In this document: piece after piece, positions 1-9,160 of the stretch
How the letters are laid out: every line of letters starts with the position of its first letter
How positions within the stretch are numbered: the first letter of the stretch is position 1
DNA from: Zygnema circumcarinatum SAG 698-1b
Lineage: Eukaryota; Plantae; Zygnematophyceae
DNA length: 64,000 bases
Assembly: GCA_037447605.1 (NCBI GenBank)
Contig: CM074807.1
Coordinates: 806,001-870,000 of the forward strand
Reading direction: 5' to 3'
Made by a program: the position numbers and the translations under genes
The notes under the pieces: model-generated
Database searches by the model: none
Seen by the model: the letters and a program-made list of their open reading frames with translations, nothing else
What the model was told of the DNA's origin: nothing

Positions 1-1480
1 CCTGCCCTGCGTGCGTCATCAAAAAAACCTGCCTCATCAAAAAAACCTGCCTTGCCTGCCTCATGATAAAACCTGCCCTGCCTGCCTCATGAAAAGACCT
101 GCCTTGTCTCCCTCATGAAAAAACTTGCCCTACCTACCTCATGAAAAAACTTGCCATGCCTGCCTCATGAAAAGACCTGCCTCATGTAAAAGCCTCTGCC
201 TGCCTCACGAAAAAACTTGCCCTGCCTGCCACATGAAAAAACCTGCCTTGCCTTGCCTGCCTAATAGAAAAACCTGCCTTGCCTGCCCCATGAAAAAACC
301 TGCCTCATGAAAAAACCTGCCTAATGATAAAACCTGCCTCATGATAAAACCTGCTTCATGATAAAACCTGCCTCATGCAAAAACCTGCCTCATGAAAAAA
401 CCTGCCTAATGATAAAACCTGCCTCATGATAAAACCTGCTTCATGATAAAACCTGCCTCATGCAAAAACCTGCCTCATGAAAAAACCTGCCTAATGATAA
501 AACCTGCCTCATGATAAAACCTGCTGCATGATAAAACCTGCCTCATGCAAAAACCTGCCTCATGATAAAACCTACCTCATGAAAAAACCCGCCTCATGTT
601 TAAACCTGCCTCATGATAAAACCCGCCTCATGAAAACCTGCCTCATGATAAAACCTGCCTCATGCAAAAACCTGCCTCATGAAAAAACCTGCCTAATGAT
701 AAAACCTGCCTCATGATAAAACCTGCTTCATGATCATGATAAAACCTGCCTCATGCAAAAACCTGCCTCATGAAAAAACCTGCCTCATGATAAAACCTGC
801 CTCATGATAAAACCTGCTGCATGATAAAACCTGCCTCATGCAAAAACCTGCCTCATGATAAAACCTACCTCATGAAAAAACCCGCCTCATGTTTAAACCT
901 GCCTCATGATAAAACCCGCCTCATGATTAAACCTGCCTCATGATAAAACCTGCCTTGCCTGCCTAATAGAAAAACCTGCCTTGCCTGCCCCATGAAAAAA
1001 CCTGCCTCATGAAAAAATCTGCCCTGCCTGCCTCGATAGAAAACATAACCTGCCTCGATAGAAAACATAACCTGCCTGCCTCATGCAAAAAACTGCCTCA
1101 TGAAAAAACCTGCCTAATGATAAAACCTGCCTCATGATAAAACCTGCCTCATGCAAAAACCTGCCTCATGAAAAAACCTGCCCTGCCTTCCTCATGACAA
1201 AACTTGCCTTGCCTGCCTCATGATATAACTTGCCCTGCCTGCCTCATGATATAACTTGCCCTGCCTGCCTCATGATAAAACCTGCCCTGCTTGCCTTATG
1301 ACAAAACTTGCCTTGCCTTGCTTATGACAAAACTTGCCTTGCCTGCCTCATGATATAACTTGCCCTGCCTGCCTCATAATATAACTTGCCCTGCCTGCCT
1401 CATGATATAACTTGCCCTGCCTTCCTCATGATATAACTTGCCCTGCCTGCCTCATGACAAAACCTGCCCTGCCCTGCCCC
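1..1480. repeat. Tandem satellite array, ~17-bp monomer AAAACCTGCCTCATGAT with local ~85-bp (5-mer) higher-order periodicity, grading into ~26-bp variants
   Basis: Continuous copies of aaaacctgcctcatg(at/ca/aa). The block starting aaaaaacctgcctaatgat recurs at ~309, ~394 and ~480. After ~1190 the unit becomes atgatataacttgccctgcctgcctc. The array runs off the window start. Confidence 0.95.
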
Positions 1481-2097
1481 GGCAGGTTGCCTTTCCGAGT
1501 TCCGTGGCGCCCAGAACCAGCCACCCCTACGCGCTGTATCCCAGCCCCGCCATGCCAGCCAGCGCCTGCCAGGAGACGCTGCAACGGACGAAGGAAAGGT
1601 CGTCGAGCTGCGGGAGGAAGGAGGGAGAAATGAGAGCCCGGCTCGCGGGACGAGGCCTTGGGGAGGGCCCCGGGCAGCCCCGAAATGGTTTGGGCTGCCG
1701 TGTGCGCGACGCAAGCGTCCGCGATTGGGCGAGTGTCAGCCGGGCAGCTCAAGTTTGGCCGCTAGGTGAGCGGAGAGGAAAGGTGTGGCCCAAACGGACG
1801 TGTGTTGCGCCTACCTCATCTTCCATGTGGATACGACTGTACGGGGAGAGAGGTGGCGCCACCGTTGTGGGGAAAAGCTGCCGTGCGGTGCCCGCGACAT
1901 GACAGGACGCGCCGTAGGGGGCCTGCACTTGGTCGCTATCGTGGCGGCGAAGGACTTGAAAGATTTCACCTGCCCTGACGACGCTCGCGGAATCGAGGAC
2001 GTCTGCTTCGCGGACAGGGCAGCCAAAAACATTTCGTTCCAAGGGCTGGACGGACCATGGGTTGGATCAACCATTGGAATGGTCGCGATTTGCAAAC

Positions 2098-2386
2098 TAC
2101 TTGTCGACACTGAAGAGTGCAGGATGGACCATATTCACTGTGAGGGGGGACCTCCTCGCAGTCCGCCATGAACTTTGACCTCACAGTGAGCTATGGGAGA
2201 TGGCTCTCTCCTGAAGAAGCCAAAGCCCTGCGAGCCATGGCCTCTATAGAAGGGCAGGAGAGCAGCAGAGAGAGTGGTGCGTCAGGGGAAACAGGGGAGG
2301 ATGACTTATCTCTGGCCATATCTGCAAGTCTTGCTGACTCGAGGAGAGCAGTGGGAGGGCAGAGCTCGGGGCATTCATATGAAGAA
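2098..2386 (+). repeat. Duplicated copy of an ataxin-3 exon segment (donor 19170-19460)
   Basis: Manual alignment gives ~14 substitutions plus a 2-nt deletion over ~290 nt (~94% identity). The deletion lies just upstream of the ATG at 2168. Confidence 0.95.
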
Positions 2387-3745
2387 CTCTCTCGTGAGCA
2401 GACAGCAGTGGGAGGAGAAGGCTTGGATGAGGCTGCAGCCATGGTTGCGCATATTGTGGGCAACAGTGAGCCGGGGGAGTTTGAAGAGCAGCTTGAAACA
2501 TCGCCGACTGCTGCTGCTGCAACGGCTGATTCATCTCTTTTAATTCCCGGTCTTCCTGATGATCTTGCAAAACAATGCTTAGGCCGTGTGCCACGATGGC
2601 ATCATGGCTGCTGCAAGGCTGTATGTAAATTTTGGGAGCATTTCTTTAGCTCTGACATGCTGCTGACCGTTCGCCAAGCGTGCGGAGTGCAAGAAGATTG
2701 GCTGTACGTCTTCAGTGCTGACCCTTCAATCACTCCAGGAGAGGCTTATGATCCTATAGAGGAGAAGTGGGTGAAGATAGCGCTCATGCCGAGTGAGCCT
2801 TTCACTCATGGATTTTTCAACTTCGTCTGTGCTCCCATAGGCCACGAATTACTGGTCTTGGGCGGCGTTCTGTTTGATCCATCGAATAAGCCGGTTGCGA
2901 GTGCAAGAGTGTACAAATATGATGCTCTTAGAAATGCCTGGACGCGTATGGCAGATATGCAGGATGCGAGAAGTGGCCTCTTCGCATGCGGTGTTGTCGG
3001 TAAAAGGGTCATTGTTGCAGGCGGGGCTACACGGGTCCTTGGTTTATGCCGGGGTGCACATGGTCGATTTTTTGCAGCAAATTCTTTCCTTAATTCTGCA
3101 GAATTGTATGATTTAGACACAGATACCTGGCAGAGACTCTCCAGCATGAACAAGATAAGGTCAGAATGTGTAGGTTTGATTGTGGAATCCGACTCTAACG
3201 TCCAATTCTTGGCATTGGGAGGTCGTGGAGCGAGCCTCCCAAACATTATAGATTGCCAATATCGTCACAATGATGCGGAAGCCTATGATTTCTCTACGGG
3301 ACAGTGGATTCAACTGGGAGATATGCGGGATGATCTGCCAATCTGTGGGCTGCAACTCTCCTCGGAAGCGGAAAGGCCTGGGGCCTGGGGCCTAGACCTT
3401 GGGCCTGTTGCCTACTTAGGCGGACTTTTATACACTCTAAGTTCACAGTATACGATTATGTTTGGAGGACAGTCCTTGCGGGTTTACGACTCAACGACAC
3501 ATACTTGGCGACTTGAGAGCACATTATCTCGTACTGGTGTTCAAGCACGCTTCTTCGGTCTGAATGGGGAGCTCTATGTGCTGCCGGAGGAGGTGGCGTT
3601 CATGCGCCCTCGCCCTCCTCTTCTGAAGTATAATCCAACGACAAAGGTTTGGACGTGGGTTGGCTCGGACGGCTTTGCTGCACGAAATGGAATGGAATGG
3701 ATACGTTTCCCAGACCGGTTCATCACTGCAGTCGTCAGCTACTAG
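2168..3745 (+). CDS. Intronless F-box/Kelch-repeat protein with an ataxin-3-derived N-terminus containing a UIM (525 aa)
   Basis: F-box LIPGLPDDLAKQCLGRVP, Kelch repeats (ELLVLGG..YDALRNAW, VIVAGG..SAELYDLDTDTW) and UIM-like EDDLSLAISASLADS; ORF is uninterrupted. Confidence 0.9.
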   Translation: MNFDLTVSYGRWLSPEEAKALRAMASIEGQESSRESGASGETGEDDLSLAISASLADSRRAVGGQSSGHSYEELSREQTAVGGEGLDEAAAMVAHIVGNSEPGEFEEQLETSPTAAAATADSSLLIPGLPDDLAKQCLGRVPRWHHGCCKAVCKFWEHFFSSDMLLTVRQACGVQEDWLYVFSADPSITPGEAYDPIEEKWVKIALMPSEPFTHGFFNFVCAPIGHELLVLGGVLFDPSNKPVASARVYKYDALRNAWTRMADMQDARSGLFACGVVGKRVIVAGGATRVLGLCRGAHGRFFAANSFLNSAELYDLDTDTWQRLSSMNKIRSECVGLIVESDSNVQFLALGGRGASLPNIIDCQYRHNDAEAYDFSTGQWIQLGDMRDDLPICGLQLSSEAERPGAWGLDLGPVAYLGGLLYTLSSQYTIMFGGQSLRVYDSTTHTWRLESTLSRTGVQARFFGLNGELYVLPEEVAFMRPRPPLLKYNPTTKVWTWVGSDGFAARNGMEWIRFPDRFITAVVSY

Positions 3746-4153
3746 TGCTCTTTATTTTGCTCCTGTGTACAGTTGCAGAGTTTGTGAAACATGTGTACAG
3801 ATAAGACCCAAGAGTATTGTTCAGTTTAGGCAACGAAGTGGTTTAGACGAAGATCGAATTGCTTTGAGGCTTACTGCTTACTAACCCAGAAATTTTGTAA
3901 ACTCTGTATACGAGCCGTGGCTTTACTCCGTTTTCTTTTTCCGAGTTTTGTCTCCTGACGACAGGTGCTGAATTTAACGAATGGTTGCTCTGCAGTGTCA
4001 GCGCTGCAAGTTGAAAATGTATGGGTCTTAGGAAGTGTTAACTTTGATTCGCCACAACTTCCAGTCCTCGGCTGCTGGCCCTCAGAGGGAGAGGGAGAGG
4101 GAGGGGGAAGTGGAGAGGGAGAGGGAGAGGGAGAGGGCGAGGGCGAGGAGGGG

Positions 4154-4163
4154 NNNNNNNNNN
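4154..4163. other. Assembly gap (10 N) within a GA-rich tract; further gaps at 21036-21045 and ~43837-43846
   Basis: N runs in the sequence; true gap lengths unknown. Confidence 0.95.
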
Positions 4164-4232
4164 GGGCCGGGGAGGGAAGGGTTTTGCATTTGCTTCGAGT
4201 GGGTGGGATGTTCTCTCGCAGCCACCGTAAAA

Positions 4233-5291
4233 CAACAGCTGATTTGATTTTAGCTTCTTCACAATCCAAAGTCTCAAACATCTCTTACTCCTTGTATGTC
4301 GACTGTTAAGAGAACTGTGGTAAAGGGGGGATAGTAGGCCTTCTTCAATGGAGGCTAGGAACAGACGTCAGAAAGAACTAGCCTATGCTGAGCGCTCCAG
4401 TGCAAAAAAAAGAATTTTTGAAACCATTTCTGCAAAACAAACTAATTTTTCTATCCTGTGCTATGGCTCGAAGTAATGCGGAACATTAATTCACGGCAGC
4501 ACTTTGAGCCCTGGTCTTTTCGTTATTACACAACCCTTAAAAAAGCAACCCTTAACCCTTTCCGGGAAGTTCTCACATAATTGAACTTAATGACATAGAG
4601 TGGAGACAATGTACGAGTACATTGTCAGCACCGACGACTTGTAGCTAACATACGTGATTGCAGTATCGGGTTTGTTTTAATCTTGAATGTCACCAGTACT
4701 TTTGCCTTTTTGTTCCTGTTTAGCGTTTTGATCCATGTTAATGCGTTCCTTTGGGCCCGTTCCGTAAACATGCATCTATGTATGTATGTATGCATGTATA
4801 AATGCATGCATGATGTATGTACGCATGTACGCATGCATGCATGCATGCAATGCCCACGCGATGGAGCGCATGAAGAAGGTTTTGGCTTTGGCGTTTTGTG
4901 TTTGTGTTTCTGTTTGTGTCGGAGTCATGGACCAGATGGTACGGACCACCGTCGACGGAGTGGTTGACTGCGTGCTTCAACTCACAGGAGACTGTACAGT
5001 ACGTGAATGGTACATTGTCTGTACGGTTTCCTTACGAGATATGTACGAAATTCTGTTAGGTAAATTAAGATTTGTCCAATGGCCCATATTTTCTGCTGTC
5101 TGAAGTGATGCTTTCCTCCTTCAAGAGTCACTTCTTGATGGCAGCAAGCATTTCAGAATATATTTTTGCCGATTTTTTTTTTTCTATTGTAGGAATATGA
5201 TGTGTTTTTAATAACTGAAATATAAATTTTAACCAAAGCAGGCCTTGGATCAGACAATTTCTATATTTGTTTGTGATCTTGCTGGTCCAAG
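4233..5291 (+). repeat. ~1.06-kb direct repeat, copy 1 (copy 2 at ~15865-17008)
   Basis: Near-identical sequence from acagctgatttgattttagc to gatcttgctggtccaag. Copies differ in (tatg)n length and by a 20-nt indel at ~4624/16253. Confidence 0.95.
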
Positions 5292-6343
5292 TTCCGTTTG
5301 CGGAGTTCATGGGCGGAGGCTTTGGGCCAATGCCAGTTTATGCCCTCCTCCTACAGAGCGTACACCGTTGACTTTGACCGAGATGGGCTGGCAGGTAAAC
5401 AGATGGCATTCTGGTCCAAGTTCAGAACGTCAACACATTTTTGTAAGAAGAATTCGGGTGCATTCATGTAGAGAGGCCGAGAAGGTTTGGGAAGCAAAGT
5501 GAAATTTGGAGTTCAAGAGCGAAATTGTTAAGGGGTGAACGTTGCTCAATCGGCAGCTGCATTGCCTGCATCGCTACATCTCATGTGAAGCCCGTTTAAG
5601 GGTGCAGACATTTGGACATCGGAAGCAGATGTTTTTGCATCCATGGCCAATTACTTGGTGAAGAATGGGTGGCAGTATGGAGCACCCATAGGCCAAATGG
5701 TGATGCCCTTTTTCTTGTCCACCATCTTCTTGTATCAGGACCCTGCAATTCTTGGATGATTCATGTTTTTATGTTCTCCTCCCCTGTGCTTACAGCAGAT
5801 TGACAAAACAGCTGCTAAGTCCATTTGGAAGTCCTGAATGTTGTTGTGCAGGCAGCCATTCCTGCACGCTTTGACCGCTCCAACTTAGGTCTTCGCGTGC
5901 AGAAGCAAGTTCAAGAATGGCAGAAACGATACCGAGTTGCAGCAGCTGAGACGGGGCAGACTGCATTACCTCCTGATGCTCTTGCAAGCGTTGTGAGTTT
6001 AACATACACCTTTTTCTAGCATTCCCTTTACTTAGGTGGAAAACTAATGACTTGCAAACCTTAGGAATTGAACCTTTGCTCTCCAATTCCTCTAAAGCAT
6101 TGCAGTGCATTGAACCCACCCTTGAACAGTATCCTCTCCTTTGGCTCGTTTGGTTGAGAATGGCTTTGTTGGTTGGCCAATCAGGTGGCGCCAGATGGCG
6201 CAAATGGGCCTGCGTATTTAGCATGTGCGAACTTCCGGGCCATCTTGAAGTATAACCGTGCGCCCTTATATGGAATGAGTATAGCAAAGCTGGCAGAGGA
6301 AATCAATGCTGAGATTTTAAAGCAGTGTGCCTCCACCTCTTGA
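5292..6343 (+). pseudogene. mltB: 3' portion (4 exons) of an MltB/SLT_2-type lytic murein transglycosylase; 5' half not found
   Basis: Exons ~5292-5394, 5608-5699, 5852-5992, 6185-6343 join in frame through GT-AG introns: SSWAEALGQCQFMPSSYRAYTVDFDRDGLADIWTSEADVFASMANYLVKNGWQYGAPIGQMAAIPARFD...APDGANGPAYLACANFRAILKYNRAPLYGMSIAKLAEEI. This matches MltB motifs GSWAGAMGxxQFMPSSY, DFDGDGxxDIW and GPAxLxxxNFxxIxxYN. Confidence 0.85.
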
Positions 6344-6649
6344 TCGCAATTAGAGCACGTGCTTGCTGGTAGGGCAAGGAGGGGGGGGGGGGGTTAGGGG
6401 AAGTCATGGAGAACAAATTCTCTGCTCTTGTTGGGCAAATTTGACTGGTCGACTTTCCTCCAATGAAAAAAATGCTAGAAGAATGTTATCGTATGTAGCT
6501 TCACTACTGTTATAGAGACTGTCTTTGCTTGCAAGGTGGGATACTGATTCTAAGTCCCTATATGTGTTCACCTATCAAGCATATATGGCTCTCACCTGGA
6601 TGAACGGGAGATCAATTGAAGATGGATATAATGTATTAGCTTCTTACGA

Positions 6650-6740
6650 TCTCTGGATTTCTGGATCTGGATCTGGATCTGGATTTCTGGATCCATCTGG
6701 ATCTGGATCCAGAAATCTGGATTTCTGGATCTGGATTCGC
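6650..6740. repeat. (GGATCT)n-type minisatellite with an internal inverted repeat
   Basis: ctggatctggatctggatct..., and gatccagaaatc-tg-gatttctggatc is a perfect 12-bp stem. Confidence 0.8.
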
Positions 6741-7727
6741 AATTTCAAAAATAGACCTGAGTATGTCATTACCTGTGGGATGAAGTGCCAAGTCTGACTC
6801 CAAAACGTTCATGCTTCATCAAGAAAGGGCCAGTCCAAGTTTGCATCGTTTTATACCTAACTATGGGAATAAATTCCACTTCATGCTCCTCTCAAGTCTC
6901 ACCATATAGGATCTCGGATTTCAAACAAATGTCTATGTCTAACAACTTAGTCAAGGACAACACTACTTGTAAGATTCTCAGCAATGATGCTTCAGAAAAC
7001 TTAGATACAGTGAGGTGAAACCAGAAATCAACCGTTCAATGCACCGCATGCAGAGCCATGCAAGCTTGTACGGCCGACTCTCCAGCAGAGCGAGCACAGT
7101 ACAGTAAAGCTGTAAGATCATTGTCACTACAATACGGCGACGACCCTTGACCGGGTCTGAGAATTTTGAATTGTTCAATCTAATTGAATGAATTTCAACA
7201 TGAAAAACTAGTTTGCAGCCGCTCGCAAAAGGAGACGATGGAGGACGATCGCCCTCTCGTTCTTGTCAGCGTCGGACACGCCCCTAAGGATGCACCCTGT
7301 GTCGATCTTCTCAACATTGCTGACGCATTTTGTACTTCACTAACGTATTCTGTACTTCATTGGCGTACTTTAATGACGTATGTTGCACTTTGTTGACGTA
7401 GTTCGCACTTTAATGACGTGCTTAGCTGACGAACGTTGCGCTTTGATGACGTTTCCTTCCCAGTTCCTCGGCACCGACTGTTGAGATCCGTACAATCATA
7501 CATAGAGTCGTACGAAACATTTGTACAGTACAGTACAGTACTGTACTGAGGCAGTGTACAAAATTGTACGAAAAAGTTACACGTGTCGAGTGTTTGGCAA
7601 GTAGTGTGAATCCCAAGACCCTTTTTTGATCGAATGATTCATGTTGTTCATCATGTTCTGCTTTTGGCGGCGAGGTTTAACGAAAAACATGTATAAGAAA
7701 TTAAGAATACTGTTTTCTCTGTCTTAG

Positions 7728-7901
7728 TCAACCGGAGCTTTGAGGGTGAGGGTACTGCTCTTCGCAAGTGCAAGGGCCGCCGCGGTCTTCCCCGCGCTGG
7801 TGGGACGGTGAGGCCTGGAGGAGCTGCGGGACTCTTGGTGGCCCGTCGCGTTCAAGGACGGGGACGAGGTAGCGATCATTCCGCCCATAAGCGGAGGCTG
7901 A
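7728..7901 (+). pseudogene. CNX7: Internally deleted molybdopterin synthase small subunit (MoaD/CNX7/MOCS2A) remnant
   Basis: One frame reads LRVRVLLFASARAAAVFPALVGR*GLEELRDSWWPVAFKDGDEVAIIPPISGG*. It has the N-terminal VLLFA motif and the C-terminal DEVAIIPPISGG, but no ATG, an in-frame TGA at 7809, and only ~55 codons. Confidence 0.8.
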
Positions 7902-7946
7902 GAAGGTTTGCATTTTTTGGTTGGTTGCAAGGAGGAGGAGGAGGGG

Positions 7947-9160
7947 ATGTTGCCTGCGGATGTTCTCGCTCACATCTTTACAGCGGTTGGAGCGAAGGGG
8001 TTGGCTATGGCAAGTTGCGTTTGCAGACTATGGTGAGTGAAATAGTGAAAACTGCAGCTACGTTGATGCTTTGAGTGCGGTTTTATTGTGGTATTCTTTA
8101 ATTTTCTATGTTAAGGTGTTGAAATGCCTCGCAAGAGCTGGTGATTTCTGACGCTTATAAGGTGCTCGCAATGCATAAGTCATTCGCGACTTATGGACTT
8201 AGTAATGCGACAAGCACCCTCAATCTTGTCGATGTTTGTGTTGTGTTTAGTCGCGAGAGGGTTACGCAATCTGTTGAGTAAAGCTGTGGCTTACAGCAAA
8301 AGCTTCGCAAAAAACGTTCTGGTTTGTCCAAGATTGCGCAGTTTAAAATGGACCCTCTCGAACTCTTTTCTCGTACCCCTGATTTTAACCCTAACCCTGA
8401 TTCCTGTCAGTGCAGGAGGGAGGTTGCTTCAGCAGACCAGTTTTGGCGGCAAGCGTACGTTACTGAATTCGGGTTTACTTATCCGCATTCAGTTGTGGCA
8501 GCGCATTCAGTTGTGGCAGTTACCAACAATGGGCTCTCACCCTTCGACATTAATTCTGAAGGTTCTGGTTCAATCTCTCCCAACTTGCCGAGTGGAATCT
8601 GCAGCTGGCGCCATCTCTTTATCAAAGCATGTGATTCTCGGCACAGGCCATATTTGTGCCTTGCGGGCAGAATAAATTACGCTATGGACCAGCTAGCAGC
8701 ATGGCGCCTTTTAGTCAGGGCCATAGAAGGTGGAGGGACGCGTGGAGTTCTGGGAACGGAGGACACGTGGCAAGCTTTCCCTGCACGCTCTATCACGAAA
8801 GGGGTTCAGAGCATTCGCCTCACTTTCTGTCTCCCGGGTGAAGTGTTGACGCAATATGAAGGGCTCGGAACCCTCTATGACGTCATCGTGCAGGCGAAGA
8901 CAGTGAGTCATCCTAGGGGCGGATGTTTGGGAAATTGGAGTCCTTTGGACCTTGAGCTTTATCGCCTAGTTGAAGATGAAGAGATTTATGGCGATGACTG
9001 GTTTTCGGTGATGGAAGTTCCTGAATACGAGCTTATTAGCGATGATTTCCGGGATTCATGGAGGCGGAAACAAGTTACAGGTTTATCTGCAAGCAGAGTC
9101 CCGTCAGGTATATTTCTTCTTATTTTTTTTTCTTTTTAGGCTCCATAGGCTTTGAGTGAA
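7947..9160 (+). CDS. F-box protein with an unrecognised C-terminal region; 3' end uncertain, possibly extending to ~10365
   Basis: Exon 7947-8032 (MLPADVLAHIFTAVGAKGLAMASCVCRLW) splices GT-AG to 8416-9107 (REVASADQFWRQAY...). Plausible further exons at ~9280-9700, ~10098-10208 and ~10308-10365 were not confirmed. Confidence 0.7.

Noticed and set aside
1-1480. CRISPR-like array or coding ORFs (125-310, 528-716)
   Set aside because: There are no unique spacers; this is a head-to-tail satellite and the ORFs are translations of the repeat.
1490-2090. GC-rich stretch with overlapping ORFs in several frames
   Set aside because: No recognisable motif in any frame; it may be a decayed fragment but cannot be supported.
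3955-4015. GAEFNEWLL as the missing N-terminal MltB exon
   Set aside because: The similarity is only an F..W pattern and the frame stops after ~16 codons.
4786-5103. ORFs in the 1.1-kb repeat (also 16336-16822)
   Set aside because: They are driven by (tatg)/(catg) microsatellites and have no protein family features.
7809-7811. Selenocysteine or readthrough at the in-frame TGA in MoaD
   Set aside because: The remnant also lacks an ATG and has large deletions, and no SECIS was identified; pseudogene decay is simpler.
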